This document shows, in pieces, positions 36,958 through 46,586 of a stretch of DNA of 64,000 nt. Position 1 is the stretch's first letter. Each line of letters begins with the position of its first letter. This DNA comes from an uncultured delta proteobacterium (GTDB taxonomy: Bacteria; Myxococcota_A; Polyangia; Polyangiales; Polyangiaceae): positions 2,816,001 to 2,880,000 of the forward strand of contig CAWAIF010000003.1 of the NCBI GenBank assembly GCA_963782055.1, in the 5' to 3' direction. A model generated the notes under the pieces. That model was not told where the DNA came from, searched no databases, and saw only the letters and a program-made list of their open reading frames with translations. The translations under genes and the position numbers were made by a program.

Positions 36958-37479
36958 ATGCGTGACGTGGTCAAGCATCCGTGGGCGCGTGACGGCGTGA
37001 GGATGACGCGCGCGGTGGCCCAGCGCGTGGAGCAGGAGGCGATCGCCGCCTACGCGAAGGACGAGGAGAGCTGCGGCCTGCTCGTCGGCCCGTCCGCCGA
37101 CGCGCTCCTGGTCGACGCCACCGTCCCGATGCACAACCGCGCCAACAAGCTGCACGCGCTCGACCCGGAGACGTACCCGCGCACCGGCCGGATGTACTTC
37201 GACATCGACCCGCTCAAGTTCCAGAAGGCCATCGCCGCGGGCGAGGCGGAGGGACGCCCGGTGAAGGTGCTCTACCACTCGCACCTGGACGCGGGCGCTT
37301 ACTTCTCCGAGACGGACGCCGCGGCGACGACGATGGGCGGCGTCGAGCCCGCGTACGACCTGGCGTACCTGGTGACCAGCGTGCGCGAGGGCAAGGTCGA
37401 CGATCGCAAGCTCTTCGTGTGGGACCCGGACGCGCGCGCCTTCGCCCCTGCGCCGCTGGTGGTCGTGGACGCCCCGTGA
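36958..37479 (+). CDS. JAB/MPN metallopeptidase (Mec-like, M67)
   Basis: EESCGLL and YHSHLDAGAYFSETD (JAMM HxHx7Sx2D). Confidence 0.9.
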   Translation: MRDVVKHPWARDGVRMTRAVAQRVEQEAIAAYAKDEESCGLLVGPSADALLVDATVPMHNRANKLHALDPETYPRTGRMYFDIDPLKFQKAIAAGEAEGRPVKVLYHSHLDAGAYFSETDAAATTMGGVEPAYDLAYLVTSVREGKVDDRKLFVWDPDARAFAPAPLVVVDAP

Positions 37480-38765
37480 CGCGCCGGTCGCGAGCCGCCG
37501 GTGCCCTGGTGGTCGGCGTCGCGGCGTGCATGGCGGCGCCGGCGCGGGCGGACCTCCCCAATCTCGCCAATCTCGCCGGTCGCGTGGCGGAGGGATACCA
37601 GGCGGGGGGCGGGCGCGTGGTGACGCTGCCGGCGCGCTTCCTCTACGAGGACGAGACGGTCCCCGTCCGGGTGCCGCCCGCGCAGCAGGCGCGCTGCGTG
37701 ACGGTCGCGCTGGTGGCGGCGCGCGGGCTGTCCTTCCACGTCCACGCGGGCGCCGAGAACGACGACGACGACCAGGTTACCGGCCGCACGTCGAGCGTGG
37801 CCGGCGCGCTCGAGCTCGCGTCGTGCGACGGCCGTGGCTTCGGGCGGCTGCGCATCAAGAGCGACGCAGGCCGCGGCGCCCTCGAGGTGGTGGTGGCGTA
37901 CTCGGACAAGCCGATGCCGGCGCTCCGGTCGCTGCTGCCCGAGCGCGTCGGCGGCCCGGTGCCGCCCGCGATCGACCCCGGGGCGCTGCCTCCCGCCGTC
38001 TCGCCCGAGAAGCGCGCGGAGTCGCTCGAGGCGCGCACCCGCGACGCGGGCGGCACGGTGCTGCCGCGCGGCGCGGCCGTCTCCAACGGCGAGGGCGCCG
38101 GCATCGTGCGCGTGACGCTGGAGCCGGGCTGCCACCGCATCGGGTTCTTCTCCACGGCCGTCGTGGAGGGGAAGCGCAAGGTGCGGCTGGACGTCGACGC
38201 CGACCTGCGCGACGAGCAGGACGACACGGTGCTCGCGCGCGATCGCGGCGAGGCCTCCGACGCGCACCTGGACGCGTGCGTCGGCGCGCGCACGGTGGCG
38301 CTGGCGAGCTGGAGCGGCGCCGCCCCCGGCGCGAGCATCCTGGTGGCGCGGGGGTACTGGCCGCTGCCGGAGAAGCTGCCGCGCGTGTGGGGTCCGGCCG
38401 CGCGCGCGCGCATGGCCTCCGCGCTGCGCGCCCACGGCCTTCGCGGCCCGCGGGAGACGCCGGTGGCGCTCTACGAGGGCGTCGCCGGCGAGACGCTGCT
38501 GGGCGTCCCGTTGGAGGCGGGGGCGTGTTTCGTCGGCGTCGTCGCCGTCACGCGCGGGACACCCCACGGGATGATGCTGCGCGCCGAGGTGGGCGGTCGC
38601 GTCTCGGCCGACGACCGCGGCACGTCCGCGGGCGCAGCCCTGGTCGCCTTCTGCACCCGCGATCACGCGCTCGCCCACGTCACGGTGGACGCGCGCGGCG
38701 CCTCGCTGGCGTGGGGGCTGGCGCTCTACCGCGTGGCGCGCGGGGCGTGGGAGGAGGGGCCGTGA
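37476..38765 (+). CDS. Secreted hypothetical protein with 3 repeated two-Cys beta domains
   Basis: Signal peptide (ARA-D); GTGA overlap with the JAB gene; internal repeats. Confidence 0.7.
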   Translation: MTRRSRAAGALVVGVAACMAAPARADLPNLANLAGRVAEGYQAGGGRVVTLPARFLYEDETVPVRVPPAQQARCVTVALVAARGLSFHVHAGAENDDDDQVTGRTSSVAGALELASCDGRGFGRLRIKSDAGRGALEVVVAYSDKPMPALRSLLPERVGGPVPPAIDPGALPPAVSPEKRAESLEARTRDAGGTVLPRGAAVSNGEGAGIVRVTLEPGCHRIGFFSTAVVEGKRKVRLDVDADLRDEQDDTVLARDRGEASDAHLDACVGARTVALASWSGAAPGASILVARGYWPLPEKLPRVWGPAARARMASALRAHGLRGPRETPVALYEGVAGETLLGVPLEAGACFVGVVAVTRGTPHGMMLRAEVGGRVSADDRGTSAGAALVAFCTRDHALAHVTVDARGASLAWGLALYRVARGAWEEGP

Positions 38766-40435
38766 CGCGCGTCGCGTGGGGCGTGCTCGGCGTCCTCTCG
38801 GTCGCCGCCTGCGGGGGAACGGCGGGGCCCCCCGCCGCCGTCCCGCTCGGCGCGCCGAAGGTGATCCCTGGCGATCTGGACGCGGCGGTGCTGCTGGGGG
38901 ACGCGCCCGCGCGGGCGCGCGCGGCGGGGGCCGGACCGGTGAGCGTCGTCGCGTCGGGCGCGCTGGCGGAGGGCGAGCGCATCGGCGCCTTCGTCGACGT
39001 GCCCGCCGACGCGTGCCTGCTCGCGTACGCGCGTGCGTCCGGCTCGCTGGACGACGCCAATCTGGTCGCCTTCGCCGACGAGGGCAACCCCGTCGCGGCG
39101 GACGAGGCGCCGGACCCCCACCCGACGGTGATGCTCTGCCCGCCTCACCCGAGGCGCGTGTACCTCGCCGCGCACGCGGTGTCGGGGGAGGGGCTGCTCG
39201 CGCTGGCCGCGCAGCTCGTCCCGCGCGAGAAGGCGGCGGCGGTGGCCGAGCAGGTGGGCGCGCGCGGTGGCGGCAATGGCGGCTCGCGCGCCGCGGAGGG
39301 ATGGCCCGGCCTGGACGAAGCGGTGCTCGCGCACCGCGCGGCGCTCGGTGGCAAGTGGGAGGAGTCGCGGCGGGTGGCGGTCACCGTCGACGCCCGCACG
39401 CGATCGGTGGTGCCGGTGTCGATGGACGCCAACCAGTGTCTCGACGTGCTCGTGGTGCCCGACGACGGCGTGGCCCTGCTCGACGTCGTGGTGACCGACG
39501 GCGATGGCCGCTCGGTCGCCCGCGGCGGCGGCGGCCTGCGCGATCGCGCCGCGGTGCTGTGCAGCGCGACGGCGTTCCACGGGACGGTGCTGGTGCGGCC
39601 TCACGTCGGCACCGGACTCGCGGCGGTGGTCGTGTCGCACGCGCCCATCGAGGCGGCGCCGGACCTGAGCGCGAGGCCGGACACGGTCTGGTACGCGACG
39701 ACACGCACGGTGGAGCAGGCGCGCAAGACGCTGGACGCTCGGCTCTCGCGCGAGGGCTACGGGCAGGGCGCGCTCGTCGCCAGCGGGACGCTCGCGCTGG
39801 GCAGGCGCATGACGGTGGCGGTGCTCGGCTCGTCGGGCGCATGCACGCGGGTGGACGTCGTCGCCGGCGCGCCGCTCTCCCTGCTCGACGCGCGCCTCTG
39901 GGACAATCACGGGGCCCTGGCGGCCTCGGGGAGCGGCGCCTCGCAGGTGGTGCTCTTCGCGTGCAGCTCCGCCAAGCTGCACCTGGACATCGACGCGCGC
40001 GGGCGGCCAGGTCCGTTCGGCGTGGTGACGCACAAGGAGAGGTGGCAGAGCGCGCCGCTGCTGGCGAAGCCGCTGGCAGGCTCACGCATGCTGGCGCGGA
40101 GCGTCGACGGCACGCTGGGGCTGGAGCACGGCACGACGGGGGAAGTGCGCGCCCACGCGCTGGACGCCGCCCACCGCGCGGCGTGGGAGGCTACGGCGCC
40201 CGCCGGGGCGTGCGCGGTGGTGGCGGCGGGGGCGCAGGGGCCCGGGAGCGGGGTGCTGCTGCGCGCCTTCGACGCGGGGACGGGGGAGGAGCTGGACCGC
40301 TCCCTCGGCACGACCTCCGCGCGCGTGCGTGCTTGCGCGGGCGCGACGCCGCGCAAGGTGCGCTACGAGCTCACCGTCTCGGCGGGGAAGCTGGACGTGC
40401 TCGTCGGCGAGCGCCGGCAGCCGGCGAAGCCCTGA
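38762..40435 (+). CDS. Lipoprotein with 4 repeated two-Cys beta domains
   Basis: Lipobox VAAC; GTGA overlap; internal repeats similar to the upstream gene. Confidence 0.7.
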   Translation: MTRVAWGVLGVLSVAACGGTAGPPAAVPLGAPKVIPGDLDAAVLLGDAPARARAAGAGPVSVVASGALAEGERIGAFVDVPADACLLAYARASGSLDDANLVAFADEGNPVAADEAPDPHPTVMLCPPHPRRVYLAAHAVSGEGLLALAAQLVPREKAAAVAEQVGARGGGNGGSRAAEGWPGLDEAVLAHRAALGGKWEESRRVAVTVDARTRSVVPVSMDANQCLDVLVVPDDGVALLDVVVTDGDGRSVARGGGGLRDRAAVLCSATAFHGTVLVRPHVGTGLAAVVVSHAPIEAAPDLSARPDTVWYATTRTVEQARKTLDARLSREGYGQGALVASGTLALGRRMTVAVLGSSGACTRVDVVAGAPLSLLDARLWDNHGALAASGSGASQVVLFACSSAKLHLDIDARGRPGPFGVVTHKERWQSAPLLAKPLAGSRMLARSVDGTLGLEHGTTGEVRAHALDAAHRAAWEATAPAGACAVVAAGAQGPGSGVLLRAFDAGTGEELDRSLGTTSARVRACAGATPRKVRYELTVSAGKLDVLVGERRQPAKP

Positions 40436-40472
40436 TTGAAGCGCCCTCCAGGCGGCGCCTCTGGACGGCTGT

Positions 40473-41675
40473 TCACGCGCGCAGGCGGGCGAGCGCCTCG
40501 TCGGCGCGCTGCGGGTCCACCCCGCTCAGGCAGAGCGCGCGGCCGCGACGAGGAAGGAAGACGACGCGGCACTTGCCGCGTGCCCCCGGCCAGAGGCTGG
40601 AGAGCCCGAGGTCCAGCGCGATCCCTGCGGCGACGATGCCGAGCCCGGCGAGCAGGACCGACGGCGACGCCGAGCGGACGCCGTCCACCACCGCGCCGAC
40701 GCCGACGTACGAGCCCAGCGCGAGGAAGAGCAGGCCGGCGTAGAGGCCGAGGCGCGGGAAGCGAACCTCGCGCGCCGCGCGCACCAGGCCGTCCTTGCCG
40801 ATGGTGATCTCGCGATCACGCAGGGTGCGGCCGAGCAGCTCGGTGCGGGTGCGGATGCGCACGCCGGCGCTGGAGAGGGTGACGTCGGCGGGGCGCCGGT
40901 AGGACAGGACGAAGCGCGCGAGGAGGCGCGCGAGGCCGGTGACGAGGAGCAGGCCGGTGACGGCGAGCAACGTCGTGAGGACGGCGCCGCGCGGCGCCGG
41001 CGCGAGCTCGCCCTCCACGCGTGACTCTCCGGCGGCAGCGCTCGGCGCGAGGATGGCCGCCAGCAGCGGGTCCTGCACGTCCGCGGCGAGCTTCTCCCTC
41101 GCCGTGCGGGCCGCCTTCGCCGAGCTGGTGGCGAGCGCGGCGCACGCGACGGCCATCTGCCCGCGGGTGGCGGTGCGCAGCTTGCCTGCCTCGAAGCGCC
41201 TCACCCTCTCGGCGACGGCGCCCCAGACCTCCTCCGCCCGGGCGCCCAGGGCGCGCGCGACGAGCGGGGTGGCGTCGAAGGCCGTGTCGGAGGCGAGGCG
41301 GACGAGCTCGCCGGCGATGGCCTCGGCGGAGGCGCCCTCCCAGGTGGCGAGAGCGTGGGCGGCCAGCGCCCCGGCCAGGGCGCGCTCGGCGTCGTCCTCC
41401 GGCCCGCGCGACAGCACCGCGGCCACGTCCCCGGCGTCGGTGCCGGTGTCGTCCTCCGAGAGGCCCAGCGCCTCGATCTTCGCGCGAACGGCGTCGCCCT
41501 CCAGGGGCGCGCCGCGCTCCTTCGCGCCGACGCGCAGCGACTCCCGCGCGAGCTTCGCCACGTCCTCGCGGCGCACGAGGGCGTCGATGGCGTCGAAGGC
41601 GGCGATGTCCGCGCCGAGCGACGGCTTCGGGTCGGTTCCCTCGTGGGCATCGCGCTTGGCGTCGGAAGGGGCCAT
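40473..41675 (-). CDS. Hypothetical protein, helical N-terminus and C-terminal TM helices
   Basis: Three hydrophobic segments near the C-terminus; start uncertain. Confidence 0.65.
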   Translation of the reverse strand: MAPSDAKRDAHEGTDPKPSLGADIAAFDAIDALVRREDVAKLARESLRVGAKERGAPLEGDAVRAKIEALGLSEDDTGTDAGDVAAVLSRGPEDDAERALAGALAAHALATWEGASAEAIAGELVRLASDTAFDATPLVARALGARAEEVWGAVAERVRRFEAGKLRTATRGQMAVACAALATSSAKAARTAREKLAADVQDPLLAAILAPSAAAGESRVEGELAPAPRGAVLTTLLAVTGLLLVTGLARLLARFVLSYRRPADVTLSSAGVRIRTRTELLGRTLRDREITIGKDGLVRAAREVRFPRLGLYAGLLFLALGSYVGVGAVVDGVRSASPSVLLAGLGIVAAGIALDLGLSSLWPGARGKCRVVFLPRRGRALCLSGVDPQRADEALARLRA

Positions 41676-41849
41676 CGGGCTTGCTTCGTCTACTGCAACG
41701 CCCGGCAAAGCTCCACTATTGCGCGCGCCATGCCCGCAGCGAGGCAGGTCGAGGCGACGCCGAGAAGTTGGCCGCCCCCCGTCGGGTTGGCTATGGCCCA
41801 GATATCACGACGCTCGAGCGGGTGCTCGGGCGCGCCGCGAGGAGACGTC

Positions 41850-42110
41850 ATGATCAAGGCCAAAGCCGAGTTGCTGACCGAGCTCAGGGGGATGTTGCGC
41901 GACGTGTTCGTCGCGAAGGCCGCCGGCCAGGAGTACGGCCGGCTCGCGCGTGCTCACGGCTATGTCGACGGCTTCATGAAGGTCATCCTGGACGCCGGCA
42001 TCGCGACCAAGGCCGAGGTGCTGGAGATCGTCGCCGCCGAGCGCGAGCGCGTCTCCGGACCCGCGCTGCGGACCCTCTCCGACCTGGACGCCGAGACCGC
42101 CGCCGCCTGA
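41850..42110 (+). CDS. Small hypothetical protein
   Basis: GAGGAG RBS then MIKAKAELLTELRGMLRDVF...RAHGYVDGFM. Confidence 0.7.
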   Translation: MIKAKAELLTELRGMLRDVFVAKAAGQEYGRLARAHGYVDGFMKVILDAGIATKAEVLEIVAAERERVSGPALRTLSDLDAETAAA

Positions 42111-42114
42111 CCCC

Positions 42115-45100
42115 TCAGGGGTTGACGAGGGCGACGTCGCCGATGGTGTCCTTGGTCGCCTGATCGGTCTGGCGGTACCAGTTGGCGATCTGCGAGGTGC
42201 CGGGGACGAACTTCGGGAAGAAGCCGGCGAACTTGCCGGTCTGCGCGATGGTCTTTGCCGTCCACGTGTGCGTGCCCGACTGGCCGGGGGCGCCGGTGGC
42301 CACGCGGAGCACGCCGGCCGTCGAGTCCTGGTAGGCGATCTTCACGTTGCCGCTGGCGTCCACCTGCATGGTGGCGTCGTCACCCACGATGTGCTGCCCG
42401 TCGGGGTAGGGCTTGCCGGAGTCGAAGCCGTCGTCGACCACCTCGGGGGCGAGGGGCTGGCCGGCGCCGCCGGGCCAGAGCAGGTACTGCAGGTGCTCCT
42501 GGATGCCGTTGATGTAGGCGACGTGCCAGTCACCGTTCGGCGCGATGAAGAGCGTCGCGGCGATGCCGTCGTCACCGGTGTCGGTGGCGTTGGGGCGGGT
42601 GCCCGTCTCGCCGTCGAGGATCGTCGCCGTCCACTTGCCGCCGGCGTTGGAGACGCCGACGAGGTTGCCGTGGACGCGGTCGTAGATGACGACGCCCAGC
42701 GTCCCGGAGGGCGACGCCGCGAGGCTGATGTAGTCGCCGTAGGCGTTGGGGTAGCTGGTGGGGATGTTGGGGTCGACGATGGCGACGCAGGTCGCGTTGC
42801 CGTTGTCGGTCACGCAGGCGTTGCCCGACGCGCAGGCGGGCTGGCAGCCGCCCACCGTGGGGGTGCAGGTGAAGGTCGTCGCGAGGCACGCCTCGTTGGA
42901 GCCGCAGAACTGGGGCTCGCAGGGGCCGGCGTCGTCCACCGCCGCGTCCTCGAAGGCCCAGTCCGTCGACGACTGCGGCACCGCCGTGCTGGCGCGGCCG
43001 ACCACCACGCGCGCCTTGGTGGCGCCGCCGGTGCCCTTCTCCATCGCCAGGAAGGCGATGACGGGCTTGCCGTTGACCATGATCATCTTCACATAGCGGC
43101 CGATGTCGGCGCCCGCCTTCTGCTGCACGACGTGGATGTTCCACTTCGACCCGTCGAACGCGGCGAACTTGAGCTGCATGTTCGTCGCGTCGTAGTAGGC
43201 GACCATCGGGTTGCCCTGGTCGTCGAGCTGCATCGAGGTCCAGAGGCCGACGTCGTCGCCGGGATCGACGAGGCCGCCGCGCCAGCCGGTGGGGTCGTTG
43301 TCGGGGCAGCTGCCGTCGGTGGGGGCGGGGGGGAGGCCGTCGACCGACTGCCACTGCACGGCCTGCTTGCCGGAGTCCCACTTGCCCACGACCAGGTCGC
43401 CGTAGAGGAAGTTGAAGCCCAGCGTCTCGGAGAGCACCGAGTCGTTGTAGCCGGCGACCCAGATGGTGCCGTCCTTGGCGGCGGCGACCGAGGTGTACGC
43501 GCCGATGAGGCCCATGGGCAGCGCGGAATCGCAAGTCTGCTTGCAGTCGCTGCCGCAGCCGTTGGCGCCTGATCCGTCGTTGCCCCCGCAGTTGCACCCC
43601 GGGTTGAACGCCGCGACCAGCGCGATCGTCCCGAACGTCACCGTGGCGGCGCGGGCAGAACCGATCTTGCGCGCCTCAGCGAAGAAAGGGAGCGGGGCCG
43701 CCCCCGTTCCACGCCGCTCGCCGCGGGGGCTTCCCCCGTGTGCCCGGCGGCGGCGCCAGCCGAGCGCCGCCAGCCCGAGCAGGGCGGGGATGGACCAGAG
43801 CCACGCGTTCTGCGGGGTGGAGCCGGGCGCGCTGCACCCGCACCCGCCGGCGGCGCCGAGGGTCGGGTCGTTGCGGCCGCGGATGAGCCCCTCTTCCTGG
43901 CTCTGCACGTTGCCGTCCTCGTCCTTCACCTCGACGGTGACCGACTGCGCGCCGTCGACGACGGCGGAGGGGATGTCGGCGACGGCGCCCCATGGCGTCC
44001 ACTCGCCCTTCTTGCCGATGGCGTCGGTGACGCGATAGCGCTGCTGCAGCGCGGAGGTGTCGCTCACGATGTCCCAGGCCGAGACGTGGAGGTCCGCTCC
44101 GCTGTGGTCGAGCGTCACGAAGGGCGGCAGCGTGTCGATGGTGAAGGGCACGAGCGCCGGCTCGGCCGACTGGCTCATCTCCTCGCCCTTCACGCGTGCC
44201 CACACCTTGAGGACGTGCTTGCCCTGCAGGAAGAGCGCGTCGTTCTTGATGGTGACGTCGCGGCCGACCTTCCACTCGCTGTGGGTGCCCTCGTCGACGG
44301 CGTAGCTGTACTCGACGACGTGGGCGCCGTTGTCCAGCGAGGAGCCGAACTGCATGTGCAGCTCGGGGAGCTTGGCGCGGTCCGCCGTCGCGAGGCCCAT
44401 CGCCTCCGGCCAGACCTTCTTGTCCAGGACGCGCGCCTGCACGTCCGCCTGCTGGACCGCGTTGCCCTTGGCGAGCGAAAGGTCGGCGAAGATGCCGACG
44501 AAGTCGTCGGAGTCCTTGGTGAGCTTGCGAATGCCGCCGTCGGGGATGGTCATGCCCAGCCCGAAGCTGGCCAGCGAGCTGGAGAGGTCGATGGGCTTGA
44601 TGCTGCCGAGGAACTGGCCGGCGATGCCGCCGAGCAGGGAGCTCAGCGACGTCGCCACGGTGGCGGGATCGTCGGTGAGCAGGCCGGCGTTGGTGACCTT
44701 CGCGTTGGCCACGCCGATGTCGCCGATGATCGGGAGCAGGGCGCCGTTGGGGTTGGTGTTGGGGTCCACCGCGGTCGACAGGTTGACCGGGATGGTCAGG
44801 TCGCCGGTGAAGGTGAAGGCCCGGACGTAGCGATCCATGCTCCAGACGTAGAAGTCGATGGAGAAGGCCTGGAGCGAGATGTTGAGCAGCGGGTCGGTCT
44901 TGAGGTCCGTGCCGCCGCCGATGCTCACGACCGGGGGCTTCTGCGGGCGCGTGGTGATGGCGACGGGCGCGCCCTTCTGCTCGAAGGTGAGCTTCTTGAT
45001 GCTCGGGATGAGCACGCTGAGCAGGCCGCTCTGGAGCTGCGAGACCTGCTCGGTGGAGACGCCCAGACACAGCAGGCCGCTGTTGTAGACGCTGCCGAAC

Positions 45101-46335
45101 GCGTAGTTCAGGAAGCGGCCGGCGAGCGCGATGCCCAGGTCCGGCCCCTTGTCACCCTGCGGCCAGGGGGAGACGGCGTTGGACTCCATCTCGTCGGGGA
45201 TGGGGATGCCGGTCGGGATCTGGTTGTCGAACGCCGGGACGCACCCGCTCTGCGGCTGCGGCAGCGTGCCGCCGAGGAAGCCGAGGGTCATGCCGTTGGG
45301 GGCATTCTTGTTGCCGTCCGGCGGGGCGGTGACGCCGGGGTCGGTCGTCGGGATCATGTTCCCGCCTGCGGCCAGCACGAAGTCCAGCCCGCCCGCGGTG
45401 CCTGGCGAGAGACTCGCCAGCGCGCCGCTCAGGTCCATGTGGCCGTCCATGCCGAGGAGCATGGGGACGCACGTGTTGGGGTCGCTCTTGTAAACGCACT
45501 TGGAGTTGTCGTTGCTCGGCTGCGAGCCCGTCGGGCAGGGCGGGTTCACGTTCGCGGTGGGCTTGGTGCAGAGCTGGCTCTGGAGCGTCGACTTGAGGGT
45601 GTTCTGCAGGGGACCGACGATCTGGCCGACCACGTAGCTCTTGAACAGGTTGACGATCGTCGAGAGGAACCCTCCGCAGAGCTGCACGTGGCCGGAGTCG
45701 ATGGTCGCGCTGACCACCATGTTGGCGGTGTCGATCTTGGTGTAGCCGTCTCGCGGGGCGATGGTCTCGGCCACCAGCGGGAGGATCGCCTCCACCGGGA
45801 AGTCGGCGTAGGTGACGTTGGGCTTGCCGTTGCTGCAGCCGCCGTTGCCGATGCCGATCTCCATGTTGCCGAGGGACGTGTTGACCGGGATGTCGTCCAC
45901 CTTCACCGGCACCGTCCCGCTCACCCGGATGGCGGGCTCGCCGTTGACCGACGTGTACTCCGCCGCGTCCAGGTGCAGCTTGGCGTTGGGCAGGTCGATC
46001 AGCGCCTTGCACTGCGTCGAGTTCGGGTTCTTGCAGATCTCGATGTTGATGAAGGTGATCTTCGTGGTGCTGTGCGGGATGTCGAAGGAGAGCGTCCCGC
46101 CCTGGCCCATCGCCGCCCCGGCGACGGTGCCGAGGTTGTCGCCGAGGAAGTCGAGGCCGTGGCGCGTCACGCGCGCGGCCGCCGCGTTCTCGACGGTGCT
46201 CGCCTTGGGGAACCCGCCGGGGAGGGGAGTGACGCCACAGCCGGCACACCCGCTGGTGCAGCCGCCCCCGCTGCACGCCACCACCGTGAAGACGAAGACA
46301 ATCGCGGACAACCGCCGCCAGAAAGAACGAAGCAT
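42115..46335 (-). CDS. Large lipoprotein: BPI/LBP-like region, Ig-like domains, internal MYXO-CTERM, C-terminal beta-propeller
   Basis: Lipobox VVAC; AARVTRHGLDFL; GGCGCS...LLGLAALGWRRRR mid-protein; about 7 'G.y.sl..d.G...iay.D' blades. Confidence 0.8.
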   Translation of the reverse strand: MLRSFWRRLSAIVFVFTVVACSGGGCTSGCAGCGVTPLPGGFPKASTVENAAAARVTRHGLDFLGDNLGTVAGAAMGQGGTLSFDIPHSTTKITFINIEICKNPNSTQCKALIDLPNAKLHLDAAEYTSVNGEPAIRVSGTVPVKVDDIPVNTSLGNMEIGIGNGGCSNGKPNVTYADFPVEAILPLVAETIAPRDGYTKIDTANMVVSATIDSGHVQLCGGFLSTIVNLFKSYVVGQIVGPLQNTLKSTLQSQLCTKPTANVNPPCPTGSQPSNDNSKCVYKSDPNTCVPMLLGMDGHMDLSGALASLSPGTAGGLDFVLAAGGNMIPTTDPGVTAPPDGNKNAPNGMTLGFLGGTLPQPQSGCVPAFDNQIPTGIPIPDEMESNAVSPWPQGDKGPDLGIALAGRFLNYAFGSVYNSGLLCLGVSTEQVSQLQSGLLSVLIPSIKKLTFEQKGAPVAITTRPQKPPVVSIGGGTDLKTDPLLNISLQAFSIDFYVWSMDRYVRAFTFTGDLTIPVNLSTAVDPNTNPNGALLPIIGDIGVANAKVTNAGLLTDDPATVATSLSSLLGGIAGQFLGSIKPIDLSSSLASFGLGMTIPDGGIRKLTKDSDDFVGIFADLSLAKGNAVQQADVQARVLDKKVWPEAMGLATADRAKLPELHMQFGSSLDNGAHVVEYSYAVDEGTHSEWKVGRDVTIKNDALFLQGKHVLKVWARVKGEEMSQSAEPALVPFTIDTLPPFVTLDHSGADLHVSAWDIVSDTSALQQRYRVTDAIGKKGEWTPWGAVADIPSAVVDGAQSVTVEVKDEDGNVQSQEEGLIRGRNDPTLGAAGGCGCSAPGSTPQNAWLWSIPALLGLAALGWRRRRAHGGSPRGERRGTGAAPLPFFAEARKIGSARAATVTFGTIALVAAFNPGCNCGGNDGSGANGCGSDCKQTCDSALPMGLIGAYTSVAAAKDGTIWVAGYNDSVLSETLGFNFLYGDLVVGKWDSGKQAVQWQSVDGLPPAPTDGSCPDNDPTGWRGGLVDPGDDVGLWTSMQLDDQGNPMVAYYDATNMQLKFAAFDGSKWNIHVVQQKAGADIGRYVKMIMVNGKPVIAFLAMEKGTGGATKARVVVGRASTAVPQSSTDWAFEDAAVDDAGPCEPQFCGSNEACLATTFTCTPTVGGCQPACASGNACVTDNGNATCVAIVDPNIPTSYPNAYGDYISLAASPSGTLGVVIYDRVHGNLVGVSNAGGKWTATILDGETGTRPNATDTGDDGIAATLFIAPNGDWHVAYINGIQEHLQYLLWPGGAGQPLAPEVVDDGFDSGKPYPDGQHIVGDDATMQVDASGNVKIAYQDSTAGVLRVATGAPGQSGTHTWTAKTIAQTGKFAGFFPKFVPGTSQIANWYRQTDQATKDTIGDVALVNP

Positions 46336-46450
46336 GAGTCCTCCGAGTCCGTGCCGTGCGCCGCCAGCGCCCGCGGGTGCGGGACCTTGGAGCTCGAGCA
46401 GCGCCTGGCCGTGTGCCCGGTCAGCCCGCCTCCAGAGGTAGCTCGAGTTT

Positions 46451-46507
46451 ACACCGAATTCGGTGTCTCGTCCGTCACGATGGTTCGACGCGGAGGTGAT
46501 GAACCAT
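46451..46507. promoter_or_regulatory. Palindromic operator candidates upstream of the 1406-aa gene
   Basis: Perfect 16-bp palindrome ACACCGAATTCGGTGT (46451-46466); ATGGTTC/GAACCAT inverted repeat (46480-46507). Confidence 0.4.
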
Positions 46508-46586
46508 TATCCGTGTGCGAATAGCGGGCGGGGGGGGGCCGGAAGAATTTGCCGCCCTGAGCAAAATCGGGACGCCGTCCGATCGG

